Both the position numbers and the translations under genes were made by a program. The notes below the pieces were generated by a model. That model saw nothing but the letters and a program-made list of their open reading frames with translations, was not told where the DNA came from and searched no databases. A stretch of 63,745 nt of DNA, filler included, from Bigelowiella natans CCMP2755 (taxonomy: Eukaryota > Protista > Cercozoa): NCBI GenBank assembly GCA_000320545.1. It is 4 parts of 4 records of this genome, joined end to end, with 100 filler letters (N's around TTAATTAATTAA, not from the genome) between each part and the next. Parts side by side here need not be neighbours in the genome. Positions count along the whole stretch, not along the records: positions 1 to 18,512 come from ADNK01002836.1; positions 18,613 to 45,218 come from ADNK01001590.1; 2 more parts are not named here. One strand, 5' to 3'. Of this stretch, positions 13,378 through 26,797 are shown one piece after another; within the stretch, counting starts at the first letter, position 1, and each line of letters begins with the position of its first letter.

Positions 13378-15128
13378 ATGCACCTCTGCCTCCCCCTTTT
13401 AGCGCTCTTCCTTGCTCTTCCTTTCTCAAGCTCCATTTCTTGCCAGGGCACCATAGGATCAAACTCAGGTCTATATATGCTCCACCGCTCTCGCGGCGCG
13501 GCATCGTTAGCAGCAAGGTCAAGGCCACGTTGGATCAAAACGATGATGAAAAAGCAGCTCGCAGGAGGTCGGCTGCTGCAAGGCGTCGTAAGGGATGCCG
13601 GTGGCATGGGAGACACCAAGCAGGGATTAGCGTCTTTGAAATCAGCTCGGTCTCAGTCTACGAAAGTAAGAAAGGGGCGACGTGAATCGGAAAAGGGAGG
13701 GAATCGATATCAAAAAAGAAGATTCAAATCTCTCTCGTTTGTATCTCTCTTTCCCCCCCCCCCTACAGGTCCTAGCAACAGCCCTACGGCCACTCGTCGA
13801 ATTTACAGAAAAGGCTGACAACTCGTTTATTTCAAAGCTAAAGGAGGTGCGTAAACGCATGTATTTATCTGCAACGTCTGACGATACTTTTTCGACGAAT
13901 ATCGGGCTGAATGCAGGAGGAAATCCCGGAAAAACTCGATCCTCGCCGCCCCCGGGAGGTGAAAGGCGCTCATTTCACGCGTGTAGATCCTGAGCCGGTA
14001 ACAATAACGATCCCGTCCATTCTCTTTGGCATGCCGACGCCAGTGTTTGATATTCAACTCTGCAGGATCAGAAAAAAGATGATAATTTAGTTTTCAAGTC
14101 TATGAACTTCCATGCCAGTTTTCGGTGGAAACACCACCTCTTTTCGTCATCACCTGACACTTTGCGTTGCTCTGTTGGACTTTCACATCTAATATCACAG
14201 CCGATTATGACATCATCCACATCTTCTTTCCCCTCCTCCTCCTCCACCTCCTCCTGCTGCTGCTGCTGCTGCTGCTGTGTGTCAGGTTCCAAATCCTTAT
14301 TTAGTCGGAGCTTCCCCATCGTGCGCTCAGATGCTGGTATACTAGTTATTACTGCAGCTCGTGTTTAATTTCAGAAAGCACTACACGCACACACACACAC
14401 ACACACACGCCTGCCGCGCGCGACACAATACATGAAATGTGTGTGAATGAATCCTTGCACTCTGGTACGGTATCAGGGCCTCGATCCCAAAGAGCTTGAT
14501 TCCGACGAATTCCTGCAAGTATTCTCGGGAAATGAGCTGCCAAAAGGTTTGCCTGCTCTCTTCGCAGAAAAAGGGTGTGCGTGTGCATGAACGTACGTGC
14601 GTGCACGCACTCACATATTAGAGCACTTCCATGTGTAGTTTTCTCTTCGGAGAGAGCTTTCTTCTTTCCTCCTCTCATTGTTCTCCTCCCTCCCTCCCCC
14701 TCCCTCCCCCTCCCCCCACCTTCCTTATTGGCCCCCTCGAACGGGCACAAAAACAGGTTTCGCTGGCTGGGCTAGTGTCTACGGTTGCCATTGTGGAGGC
14801 CAATGGTAATTGCCCACGAGATCACTCTCTCACCCACTCTCGAGCGGCAAGATGACGATGATCACGACGGTGCCATAGCCTGCTGCTACACGTATATCAT
14901 GCATTCGTAAGGTCTCTGAGGAAGAACGGACGGGCATCCATTCGATTCTCCCTCTGTATCCTCCTACTCTCCTCCTTCTTCCCAGATCCTGAGCCCTCCT
15001 TTCACACACGCTACTGCCGCCATCGTTCCTTATTATTGTGTGCTAGGTTCGGTCAGCTAGGGGATGGACGTGCTATGAGCATTGGAGAGGTTGTAGAATT
15101 GACACTAAATGGTGTTTCCAACTGATCT

Positions 15129-15168
<40 letters not shown>

Positions 15169-15770
15169 AAACTTCTACTACTACGACTCTGACTTCACGC
15201 ATGTTCTTTTGGCTAACATCGCCATCTTTACCACCGTCGTCAATCATTCTGTGTAGGTGATGAACCCTACAAGCAGCCATCGATATGAGCTGCAGCTTAA
15301 AGGCTGCGGCAGGACGCCTTACTCCCGGCAATTCGATGGACGAGCGGTAGTAGTAGTATTTCGCACGCACACACATACACACACACACACACATACACAC
15401 ACACACACACACACTCATTCAAGAGAGCTCCTCCTCGTCATCATAATCTTCCTCATCATCTGCACTACAAAACTCTTCTTAATCATCACTATTTCTTCTT
15501 CCTCCTCATCCTCTCACCGCGAATTCTAAGCCTCCCCCCCCCCCCCCCGGGATTCTTTGGTTCGATCATCAATCAGGGAGTTCTTAGCTTCGGAGTCGAT
15601 GGCAGCCCTTGGTATAGAACCATGTATTGCAAAAGAAAGGAGAACCCTATCACCAACATCGTCGTGCATATTCTTTAACGATTACGAAAATTATCTTATT
15701 TTTTCACACACACACACACACACACATACATACACACACACATACACACACATACACGACGTGAAATATA

Positions 15771-15813
<43 letters not shown>

Positions 15814-16072
15814 TATTATGATAGGCGTCCCAACCACGCGCAGTCTCTGCATCATCGGGCACAAAGAGCAGATCATGCGAGCATGGTACCCAGACAGCAA
15901 GGGGAGGGGGGGGGTCGGGCAGCCGGTGAGGGGGTTCCCCCCCAATCAACTGGTGGAAGAGCCGGGTGCTGTGTTGTGCAGAGTCTCTGAGAGCTTCATT
16001 CGGTAGTATATCATCATCATCATCATCATCATTGCCACAGTAGTAGTGAGCTGCACACGCACACAAACACAC

Positions 16073-16109
<37 letters not shown>

Positions 16110-16598
16110 TATGCATTAATTCTATGCTTGCACTTTTCGTTGCTGCCGCCGCCCCGAGGGGGGAACTCGGCGTCCACTGAGCGTCCGCTGAGAGACGACG
16201 GTCCTCCCCCCTGCGTTGTTCAAACACCCCGTCACCATTGCGAAAAAGGCACCCGCGGACACGCACAACCCACCATTTTTCCGCACTGCTGTCAGGTTTG
16301 GGCAGCTCGAGCTATTCTGGAAGAGAGGGGAGTCGGCGCTCCTGTGCGAGCTGTTGGATCACGCAATCGAGCGTGAATTCCCCGAGATCAACCAGAAATC
16401 TTCCGAGAAGAGGGAGGAGGAGGAGGAGGAGGGCTGTTGTGGGGGGGGGGAAGGAGGATCGGAAGGGAAACGGTAGGTCACGCGCTGATGCTTATCTTAA
16501 ACTATTCGACTTGATTGCGGAGAAGCAAGCGTTCTTGATGGCGGAGTGGCTCAGAGTGGGCTATGTGCAAGGTACAGTGGTAGTAGCGGGCTGCATGA

Positions 16599-16630
<32 letters not shown>

Positions 16631-16725
16631 ATGATGATGATAACGTCGAGGGTGGGGAGGGGGAGGAGTGATGCGAATGTGTTTTATGCTGCACACAGCC
16701 TCCATGTAATTGACAGGTACTACGT

Positions 16726-16819
<94 letters not shown>

Positions 16820-17076
16820 CGATGAAGCATTTTAAATATGAAGGAAACATGAACTCGGACAACACATTGGTTGGTGGACGCACACTCGATTACGGTCCCT
16901 TCGGCTTCATGGAATCGTAAGAAGAAGAAAACACGTCAATTCAAAAATATTAGGGCACAGCAGTAGCGGCACCAGCAAATGAGCAGCATCGGATGACAAT
17001 CACACAAAATACACACCCACACACAAGCTTACGTTCGTAGATACAGTTGCTTCCCCCCCCCCCCCCACACACACAT

Positions 17077-17121
<45 letters not shown>

Positions 17122-17653
17122 CATGAATGTTTATTGAAATATACATGACGAATTTGCCGCGACTGCTCAACTCTCAGCTTCGATCCCGGGTGGACGCCGT
17201 TCACCTCGGATCCAATGGGAAACTTCGCTTTCAAGAACCAACCACGTGCGGCACTAGTCAACGTCGCTGTGCTCGCAGGTGCATTCAAAGCAGCGATTGC
17301 CAGCCACCTCTCTTCTGAAAATGATAGAGAGGCATACGAGGGGAAGATCGATGCTACCGTCGCCGGTTTTGGGCCGCGGTTCAGGCAGAATTTCGACGAA
17401 GTTTGCAGGAGGAAGCTCGGGCTAAGCACGTAATAGCGCGTGCTGAGCGCCTCAATATGATTTATTATTCCTACCGTCACAAAAATCACGATACTTTCCA
17501 TTAACACCCTTCTCGCCAACATGCATCGAGAATGAAGCGCGCCCATAGATCTACTTTTACAGATCGAGTCGTTGTTGGTATGGTCATCATCGTTGCCCTT
17601 ATTCTTTTGTTTCAGATACGATGAAGACGCGCAGAACCTCTGGCAGGTCGGGG

Positions 17654-17711
<58 letters not shown>

Positions 17712-17864
17712 ATGGTAATATGCACACACATATATGAAAGTATATTTGGTCTCCCTCTACACTGAAACACACACACACACACACACACACGCACGCACAC
17801 CATCGATAGGGATTGGAGTCCCTCATGGCTGCCTCGTGCGTCGATTTACCATCCTCTTTCGTAA

Positions 17865-17933
<69 letters not shown>

Positions 17934-18317
17934 GTTCTCTCGATAGCACATACCATATCAACAACCCACCCGGACATCTGAAACACTGAATCCGCTGGTG
18001 GTTAAGAGGAAATCCTGACCAAAGGAAGTAATCATTGGGAACCCTCACCCGCTACTACTACTACTACTGCTGCTACTACTACTGTTACTATTACTATTGC
18101 GCCTCATTAAAAAATGCATATTCACCGCATCACATTTATCCGCCGCAGGGCTGCTCTGTGGAATCTTCGCACCGATCGATGACCTCAAGGGGGGGGAGGG
18201 GGAGGAGGGGGGGGAGATGAGCTCGAGTGAGGCTCTAGAAGCGCTCTCCCCAGCATTCTACAAGGGCTTTTTGCCAGAGGACAACGAGAAGAAAGCGTGG
18301 GAAGCCTGGTTGGAACG
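13378..18317 (+). CDS. SELENOO: SelO/YdiU family protein adenylyltransferase (pseudokinase AMPylase) with N-terminal signal and transit-like leader; 3' truncated at linker
   Basis: Exons give ADNSFI, PREVKGAHFTRVDPEP|VPNPYLV, YGCHCGGQW|FGQLGDGRA, ELQLKGCGRTPYSRQFDGRA, RSSIREFLASE, GVPTTRSL, FIR|FGQLE, WLRVGYVQG|NMNSDN, DYGPFGFME, FKNQP, VDFTILFR. Leader starts MHLCLPLLALFLALPFSSS. Confidence 0.92.
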
Positions 18318-18512
18318 GTAAACGAAGAGTACGATGAATAGGGGAGGGGGAGGGGGGGGGGAGGAGGATCGAGCTGATGACGGTAGCAGTTGTGGTGGTG
18401 ATGATGATGATGATGATGATGATGAGGAGGAGGATGAGGATGATGGTAATGATGACATTTATGGCTGTGGCTTGAAAATCCAATAGAAGGGGAGGGGGGG
18501 GGAGGGGCACGC

Positions 18513-18612
18513 NNNNNNNNNNNNNNNNNNNNNNNNNNNNNNNNNNNNNNNNNNNNTTAATTAATTAANNNNNNNNNNNNNNNNNNNNNNNNNNNNNNNN
18601 NNNNNNNNNNNN
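18513..18612. other. Artificial contig linker (stop codons in all six frames)
   Basis: 44 N + TTAATTAATTAA + 44 N, identical at three positions in the window. Confidence 0.97.
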
Positions 18613-18912
18613 GAGCAAAAAACCTTGAAAGAGGCTGGTCAGTGTGTATGGTGTAGGAAGAGATCAAATTATGGTCATATTATCACTATTGTAGCAAGGA
18701 AAATGAATGATGTCTTTGGAACAGGAGGAGGGGGGAGGGGTGGAAGGGGGGGGGGGGAGGAAGGTTAAACACAAAATCGATGAGATTACAATTTTTTGAA
18801 AATATGATCAATTTCCTCAATCGTCGATTATTCTCAGAACTATTATAATGATTATTATTATTATCATTACTAATAATAGCAGCTTCTATTAATTCTCTCT
18901 TTATTCAATCAG

Positions 18913-19455
18913 GAATTGTAAGTGAAACAACTGCACCAGCAGAAGGGGCAGTAGGTACCCACAAATCCCCCACCGCTACTCTGAGCAGCAGCAGTAACAT
19001 ACACTACATGAGGACAGCAGATGATATACAGGTAAGAGGAGGGAGGAGGGAGATGGTTCCGTTGATGAATCATGAAAGAGAGGAGGGAGAGAATAATGTG
19101 AATAATCATTCTTTGTGATATTATACTTCTAATAACAGATGAGCTCGTAGATCATCAATGTTTGTGGTGCTGCTTTTAGATCTTTTTCATAGTTGTAGTA
19201 GTAGTAGTAGTAGTAGTAGTAGTAAATACACCATCCCCCCCCCCCCCCACACTACATCAAGCTACTACTTATTACTAACTTCTTCTATTGCTAAAGGGTC
19301 TCCAGGAGGAAATGCTATATTATCAACATCAAAGGTAGTACTAGTAGTTGTTATACTAGTAAAGTACTATTACTATTACTACTACTACTACTAGTAGTAG
19401 TAGTAGTAGTACTAGTAGTAGGGCATTAAATTAGATGGATGGATAGATGTTGTCG

Positions 19456-19489
<34 letters not shown>

Positions 19490-19961
19490 CTTTGCACCAC
19501 CACCTCATCCCGCTGAAATGTTGTGTAGGTGGTGGTGGTGGTGATGGTGGTGGTGATGAAATGTTGTGTAGGTGGTGGTGATGCTGGTGATGCTGGTGAT
19601 GCTGTAAATTTCACTTTGTCTTCTACTACTACTGCTACTACTATCATACATCTACTTTTGACTTGTCGTGAATAAATGGTTTGGAGAAGGAGTAATATTG
19701 AAACTTGATTGATAGCATTGTAGTATATTCACTGCTGCTACCACCACCACCATCATCATCATTATTATCACGTCCACAACACCACCAGATTAAATAAAGG
19801 CAAACAATCACAGGCATGTATCATTGGTATTAGTAACATTTAGTAGAATACACAAGAAAAGAAGATAAAGAACACAATTTGTTAATTAGGAGTATGATGC
19901 TTATGCTCATATTTGTTATTGGTCAAGATCAAGATGGAAGAAATGAAATATACACACACAG

Positions 19962-19999
<38 letters not shown>

Positions 20000-20385
20000 G
20001 ACGAGGAAATGTGTCGCAGCAGCAGCAGCAGCTTCTCCCTCCTTGATTTGACTGATCAAGTAGTGAAAAACGATATATTGATGTTGTATTCTTCTCAGGG
20101 GGTGGGTACATCGGTACAGAAACTGCATCATATCTTTCAGTTTGGGGTACTATTTATACTACTAGTATTTCTTCTTAAAGACTATTTTATCTGTTGTACT
20201 ACTACTACTACTACTACTACTAATTTTGAGCTCTGATGAGGATGGAGACAAAGCTATGATAATAACCACAACAATAATAATAATATTGCAGGTTTCAACA
20301 CAACCATCGTGCATAGTTCTTCAGACATTCTAAGTTCATTCTTACCTCATCAGGTAGTAGTAGTAGTAATAGTGTGTCACTTTGT

Positions 20386-20437
<52 letters not shown>

Positions 20438-20668
20438 CCTTTGTTTGTGAGTTTGTCTTTATATTTGAGGGGGGGGCGGTATGGATGTGTGTGAGTATTG
20501 CCATATTCTTGTTCTTGCTTTTTTTTTTTCTTGTAAAGTTATAGAATAATAACAAGTTTTCTTGTTGTTCTTCTAAGGTTGCAGCACGTTACAGCAACCT
20601 ATTCAAGTTATACAATGTCACGCTTTTGCTGAAGGTAATAATCAACAATATATGTATACATGTATGTT

Positions 20669-20702
<34 letters not shown>

Positions 20703-20720
20703 GTCCCTTCTCTACGCTAT

Positions 20721-20760
<40 letters not shown>

Positions 20761-21389
20761 CCCCCCCCCCTCTTAGCATTCTAGTGACGTGTTGTATTTG
20801 TTGTCTTAACTGTTGGGTACTGATTATAGAAAAAAGCAATTGGGGTGCTCTATCATCATCATCATCTTGGTGGTGGTGGTGGTAGTGGTGGGGGTGGCAG
20901 TAGCAAGAAGGGGAGGAGAACAAATAGTCGCAAAAGCAGCAGCAGCAGCAGCAGCATCAGAGGAAAATGACAATAATAATGCTACTGGTAGTTATGCTAG
21001 TAGAAAGTGATAGTAGCAAGATGAATGGTAGTAATGGTGTATACATGATACATATATGCGACAAATAGAAAGAGAGGGAAAAATGGAGAACAACCCTCTA
21101 TTACTACATACTTAATTAAATATCAATCCTTATTATTACAACCAACCACTATCATGCATCCAACTTCTATTACTACTTCTACTACTATTACTACTACTAC
21201 TACTATACTGCTGCTGTTCTGATCATTCCTCCTCCTCCCCCTTCACCCTCCTTCATGATAATTCATATTATTCTCACTACTACTTCAACACTACTACTTC
21301 CACTTCTTCTAGGTTTGTTGCTCGATGATGGCACTCGAATACCTTGCGACTTTGTTGTTAGTGCAGTTGGCGCAGTAATACTACCCTAC

Positions 21390-21430
<41 letters not shown>

Positions 21431-21487
21431 GCTATACAATGAGCTTTTTATTTTCTGATACTATTACTACAATATATAAATATATAA

Positions 21488-21532
<45 letters not shown>

Positions 21533-22729
21533 GGAGGAGATATTCGTTGTTCTTTCGTCATTGCCATAATCATTCAAATTAATAATGACTGATTGACCCA
21601 TCCGTCCTTCTTCCTACTACGATAATACTGCTGCTACAACAACTACTACAACTACTACCACTACTACTACTACCAGGTACCAAACACGGAGTTATTTCGA
21701 TCACAACTTGAGATGTCTGATGAAGATCAAGGAATCATAACAGATAGCCGTTTTAGGTACTGCTACTCCTACTAGTACTACTAGTAGTAGTTGGAGTAGT
21801 ATGAGTAGTAGTAGCAGCAGTAGTAGTAGTAGCAGTAGTAGTAGTAGCAGTAGTAGTAGTAGCAGTAAGAGGAGCCAGAGGAGGGGGAGGAGGACAGTGA
21901 TCAGTAGCTATTCTTTTCGCGATACATCATCGATTCTACTCGAGATATCTAGATATTATGTTACTACTATACACTATCACCCACAATTATTCTCAGATAG
22001 CCGGTTATGTTACCTGTCATTTACCTATTTCAGCACTAGCAATAATAATGATGATAATGATGATGATGATATTGTGTTGTTGTTGTTGTTGTTGATATAA
22101 TATCAGAACCTCCATACCAGGAGTTTACGCAGTGGGAGATGTGGCCTCTTTTCCATGGGATCCTTCCTTCTTTTACAACGACGATGACGACGACGAAAAC
22201 ATAACCATAAATAATAGAACAAGCACGTCGATATCATCTTCATCATCATCATCGTCATCATCATCATCGTCATCATCAAATACGAAGAATTCCCATCATA
22301 GAAGGTTCTATTACTTGTATGATAATATTATTATATGATGGTGGCGGTAGTATGTAAGTTGTAGACATCATCAATTAGTGTATTGCATATGGGAAGGGTG
22401 CTGGGAAAGATTATAGTAAGAATTTGCACAACAACAGCAGCAACAACAAGAACAAGAACAAGAAGAAGAACAAGAACAACACCTGCCAACATGATTGCCA
22501 TTCTAGTAGTAATGGGTAGATATAATAATTGAAATGAAAGACGGAGAAATAATGATAATAACGATAACGATAATGATGATGATGATGATGATGATGATGA
22601 CTAATGTGTCTGTAGGTATTAAATAGTATGTTGTTGTTGTTGTTGTTGTTGTTGTTATGATGTAGATTTCCGTTTGGAGATCATGCAAGAAAGTCAGGGC
22701 GGCATGTTGCTGATATAGTCACATTCAGG

Positions 22730-22765
<36 letters not shown>

Positions 22766-23432
22766 TACTACTACTACTGCTGTCATTTTCTTTCATTATT
22801 ATTGAATTTGTTCTACGTGTTATCGTCGTCCGTCGTCATCATCTCTCATAATTTACTTCTTCATATTTATACATTACTGATATGGTGGTGTGGTAAGTGT
22901 TGATAATATCCAACAAAGGATTACTGTTTATAGGTGTAGTCATCATCATCTTCTCTCTTCCTCTTCTTCTTCTTCTTTTTCATTCCAAGATAATAGAAAA
23001 GCTTTTCATCATAAATAATGCCTTAGTCTCTTACTAAATCATCAGGCCTCATCACCTTGAATATAAGCTTAACGACACATATCATACGATAACTCTCGGT
23101 AGTAAATTAGTGATCAATACTGGAAATACGTTGTAGAATTATCAATTCGCTGTTGATTGGAAAATGATGATGATGATGATAATGGTGATGGTGATGATGA
23201 TGATGATATGATGGTAAGGGACATGACCAAGGCATCAGCAGCAGCACCTGGAATAACCCTCCTCTCTTCTGTTTTTCCTTCCTCAATCTCCTTCGTATAT
23301 GCACACATTATGAGTATGTGTGCGTGTGTGTGTGTATGCATGTATGTGAGGATGATAATGATCTTACATAGGAAAATATGCCAATGACTCAAACACGATG
23401 TACCACTTTTTGCCAAAGGTAGGAATGCACAC

Positions 23433-23481
<49 letters not shown>

Positions 23482-24230
23482 TGCTTCTATTCTTAGCAGT
23501 ATTTATTATTCTTTTTTAGACACTATTAGAATCACGTATGTATGTTAAATGATTATTGTGGAAGTACTGGAGTAGTTGTTAGGAGTATTCGTTTGTATAG
23601 CAGTGACTTGTTCCTTTTCTTCTTCTTCTTCTTCTTCTTCTTCTTCTTCTTCTTCTCGTCAATATCAGATCAAATTTAAAACTTTGTTCGGACCAATCAG
23701 GAAGGATACCGATATGGTGGTGTGACGTTTATTCGCAACATCATCCCAGTGATGTGTAGTAATATTACGTAAAGACATATTATTATTATTACTATTTTTA
23801 CAATTTGTTCTTTACTTATCCGAGGTCATAGAATGCAGTGTTTAATTGTGGTAGTAAAAGGATGATGATAATAATAATAATGATAATAATAATAAAAATA
23901 ATAATAATATGGTCTCTAGAGAACACGGCACATGGAAGGATCTAATGCTATGCTTGTAGGCTATACATTTGGAAGGTAGTAGCAGTAGAATACTATCAGC
24001 AAAGTAATCACCAATAAAATGCCGGTGCTACCACAACGTTTGCTACCATACTTCAAAAACTGTTTAAGAATAATAATCAATCATCAATGGATGATGTGGT
24101 ATGAGGCATTGATGATGCGTTGTTGTAATTGTTGTACACCAACATTCCAGATCTATATACTTTAATGAGGCAAGGAAAAGATTCAAATTTGGATCCTTTT
24201 GGGTGCATAAGGTGGGCAGTGTGCGTCGTC

Positions 24231-24264
<34 letters not shown>

Positions 24265-24957
24265 GGTGTTATTATGACAACAACAACTAATAATAATACT
24301 GCTACAACAGGAGTAGAAGATATGATCAAAGAGAAGACATTCTGATGATATTGATGATGATGATGATAATGATGACGATGATAAAGTAAGATAAGATAAC
24401 CTAGATCATTATCCATTTGTTTACTCCATATTTGTCCTCCTCCTTCTCCTGTCATCATCATCATTATTATGATCATGATTATTCGTTATTAAAGGGAAGG
24501 CTGGTGGGAGCTTTTCTTGAAGGAGGAGAGAAAAAGGTTGGTAGTAGTAGTATAGTAGTAGTATAGGTAAACATCAGTATTGTGTCATTGCTGGTGGTAA
24601 TGAGTAGTAGCAAGTAATTGGGATACGTTTGTGAATACTATGGTTAAGTAGAGTTGTAGCAAAGATAGACGGCCTCCAAAATAATGAATAAATAGATAAA
24701 TAAATAAATAAATAAATAATAGTAGAGAAATTAATTATCAAGGTTGGAATGGTCTTCCTTGCGAATAATAAAGACGATAGAATCATCATAAAAACATAGC
24801 GACATAACATTTTCAATAATTATAGGATTTCCGTTTACTACAGCGCGTGGTGGAAAAACGTGTTCTTGTTCAGGAAGTAAGTATACGACAAGTTTGATGT
24901 TGTATCTGTGCAATTGTTTGAATTGTTGGTCAGTGACGTAAAGCTGCTCTCTCAAAA

Positions 24958-24994
<37 letters not shown>

Positions 24995-25628
24995 TCTTCA
25001 ACTTTACTACTCCTAGATTGAGCAGGAATACATGCAAAAACGTGGACTTTCTTGGGCTCGTGAAGCATATATTAGGGTATATTGTGAGAAGAATGAACCA
25101 AACAATACCACACATTAAAATAAGTGGTGATTGACTGACTCAAACACATTCTGTCATTCCACTGATTTGTTGTATTATGTATACTACTACGAGCAGGTAT
25201 CTGATGCAGAAGTTTACCCAGGATATGATTCAACAACTCCAAAACAAAATATATTGACAGGTGGTGCCAACCTTTGCAGCCCTCTTCTTCTCCTTCTTCT
25301 TCTTCTTCTATTTGGATATTCTCAGTAGTAGTAGTAGTAGTAGTAGTAGTACTTATCCCTTGAACTACCATGTTTCAGGAATTGTTGCATCATTTCTTGG
25401 AAACGGCAAACTACAGCAAGGTACTACTACTACTACTACTACTACTACTACCGCTCAGATTTTTAATATCATTTTGGGTGATATAACTGACATGATATTT
25501 CTAACTGCACAGCTGATATTGATGATGAAGCCGATTATGAGGAGGCGGATTTATACGAGGAAGATGTTGATCCTGAAGCCTTCGTTCATAATGCAAATTT
25601 TACTTTCTCCTCAATGAATTCGCATTGA
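18913..25628 (+). CDS. MDAR: Monodehydroascorbate reductase-like FAD/NAD(P)H oxidoreductase, many small exons, 5' truncated at linker
   Basis: Not visible in the ORF track. Small exons translate to NIHYMRTADDIQ, QACIIG|GGYIGTETA, LDDGTRIPCDFVVSAVGA, PNTELF, GIITDSRFR|TSIPGVYAVGDVASFP, DHARKSG, FKFGSFWVHK|GRLVGAFLEGG, KRGLSWA, matching MDAR motifs in order. Stop TGA at 25626-25628. Confidence 0.82.
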
Positions 25629-26386
25629 TACGCAAAAGATTCTGTGTGATGTATACCAAAATGATAACAACAATTTCAGATTTGATGCGTAGTGAGTTCT
25701 GGCACTATTCGATGCAGTAACAATGCTCGAATGACTAGCAAGAAATGCAATAGCTAGCTTGTTAGCTTGCACCAAAACGCACGTTTGTCTAGCTAGCTTG
25801 CTAGCTAAGTTTTAGAGGTCTAGAGGTGTCGAGATGTGCCCACAACGTCAATTTTCATGCTAGCATGGCTACGCAAGCGAGCGAGAAACTTCGAAAACAA
25901 TTCGGATTTCAGTGTAGTCTAGTAGTTTAATTAGAAATTTCATGCATGTCGTCGGGAGAAAATAAGTACCCATCATTTCTCGCAAATAACAGAGCCTCGA
26001 CCGCGAACAGCAGACTGACTAGCAGATGTTGAGGATCTGTACTACTCGACTACACTAGTTGTCGTGTAAGCATCAACATGGCCTAGATGTTGTTCTCTAA
26101 ACGAAATTAAACATTGTGTGTGAATGTACCAAATTGCAATGCTTTCTCATGCATGCATGCAACACGTGCGACAAAGGAAACAAACAAATGCAACTCAAGC
26201 GCTGTAGCCGCTGCATTGCACGGCTACATTGTTGGGATGACAATTGAACAAATTTGAACATTTCATCACATCCGCCGTCTTGTACCAAGGAGAAAGTAGA
26301 ATGAGAGATACGACAGACAATCTGCGCTAGAGATTCGTTCGAGCTAGCTACAGCTATCACTGGTCTCCATGTCTAGATGTGTAGGA

Positions 26387-26797
26387 CACAACTCCGTCAA
26401 ACCCTGTGACGACTGGGTTTTGCACAAACCATGCTCTGCGCGCGCGGCCTGGCGCGCTCAATCGTTGCAATTGGACATTGGAAGCACACTGGAGCCTGTT
26501 TGAAGTTCAATTTTGATTTTTTTTTCGAATTTCAGCTTCAAGCAAACCTCATTTTTCAACGCCTGCCAGCGGAAAATGCTTGCCACTTCTGAAACAGCTA
26601 GCGCAGTTGCGCCACTTGCTGTGCAATGAGTTTTGCAAGCTCAGACTGAGGGTGTGCGCACACTAGCTTCACATGCTTGCAAAATTTCAGCACAAAAACG
26701 CAAAAATTGTATGCTAGAATTTCAGCACAAAAACGCAAAAAATGCTCTCAAACAATTGAGAGGTCATGCCACTCGTCACAGTTTTGACGGAGTTGTG
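26387..26797. mobile_element. Non-autonomous TIR DNA transposon (MITE), CAC termini, 3-bp TSD (CACTA/CMC-like)
   Basis: Left end CACAACTCCGTCAAACCCTGTGACGACTGG. Reverse complement of right end CACAACTCCGTCAAAACTGTGACGAGTGG. GGA flanks both sides. Internal ~24-bp duplication AATTTCAGCACAAAAACGCAAAAA. Confidence 0.85.

Noticed and set aside
16441-16450. Frameshift in SelO at a G10 run (programmed frameshift or pseudogene?)
   Set aside because: A one-base homopolymer length error restores the frame, and all catalytic motifs are intact. Sequencing error is the simplest explanation, pending reads.
18557-18568. Palindromic TTAATTAATTAA repeated three times in the window
   Set aside because: Assembly linker inside N runs, not biological.
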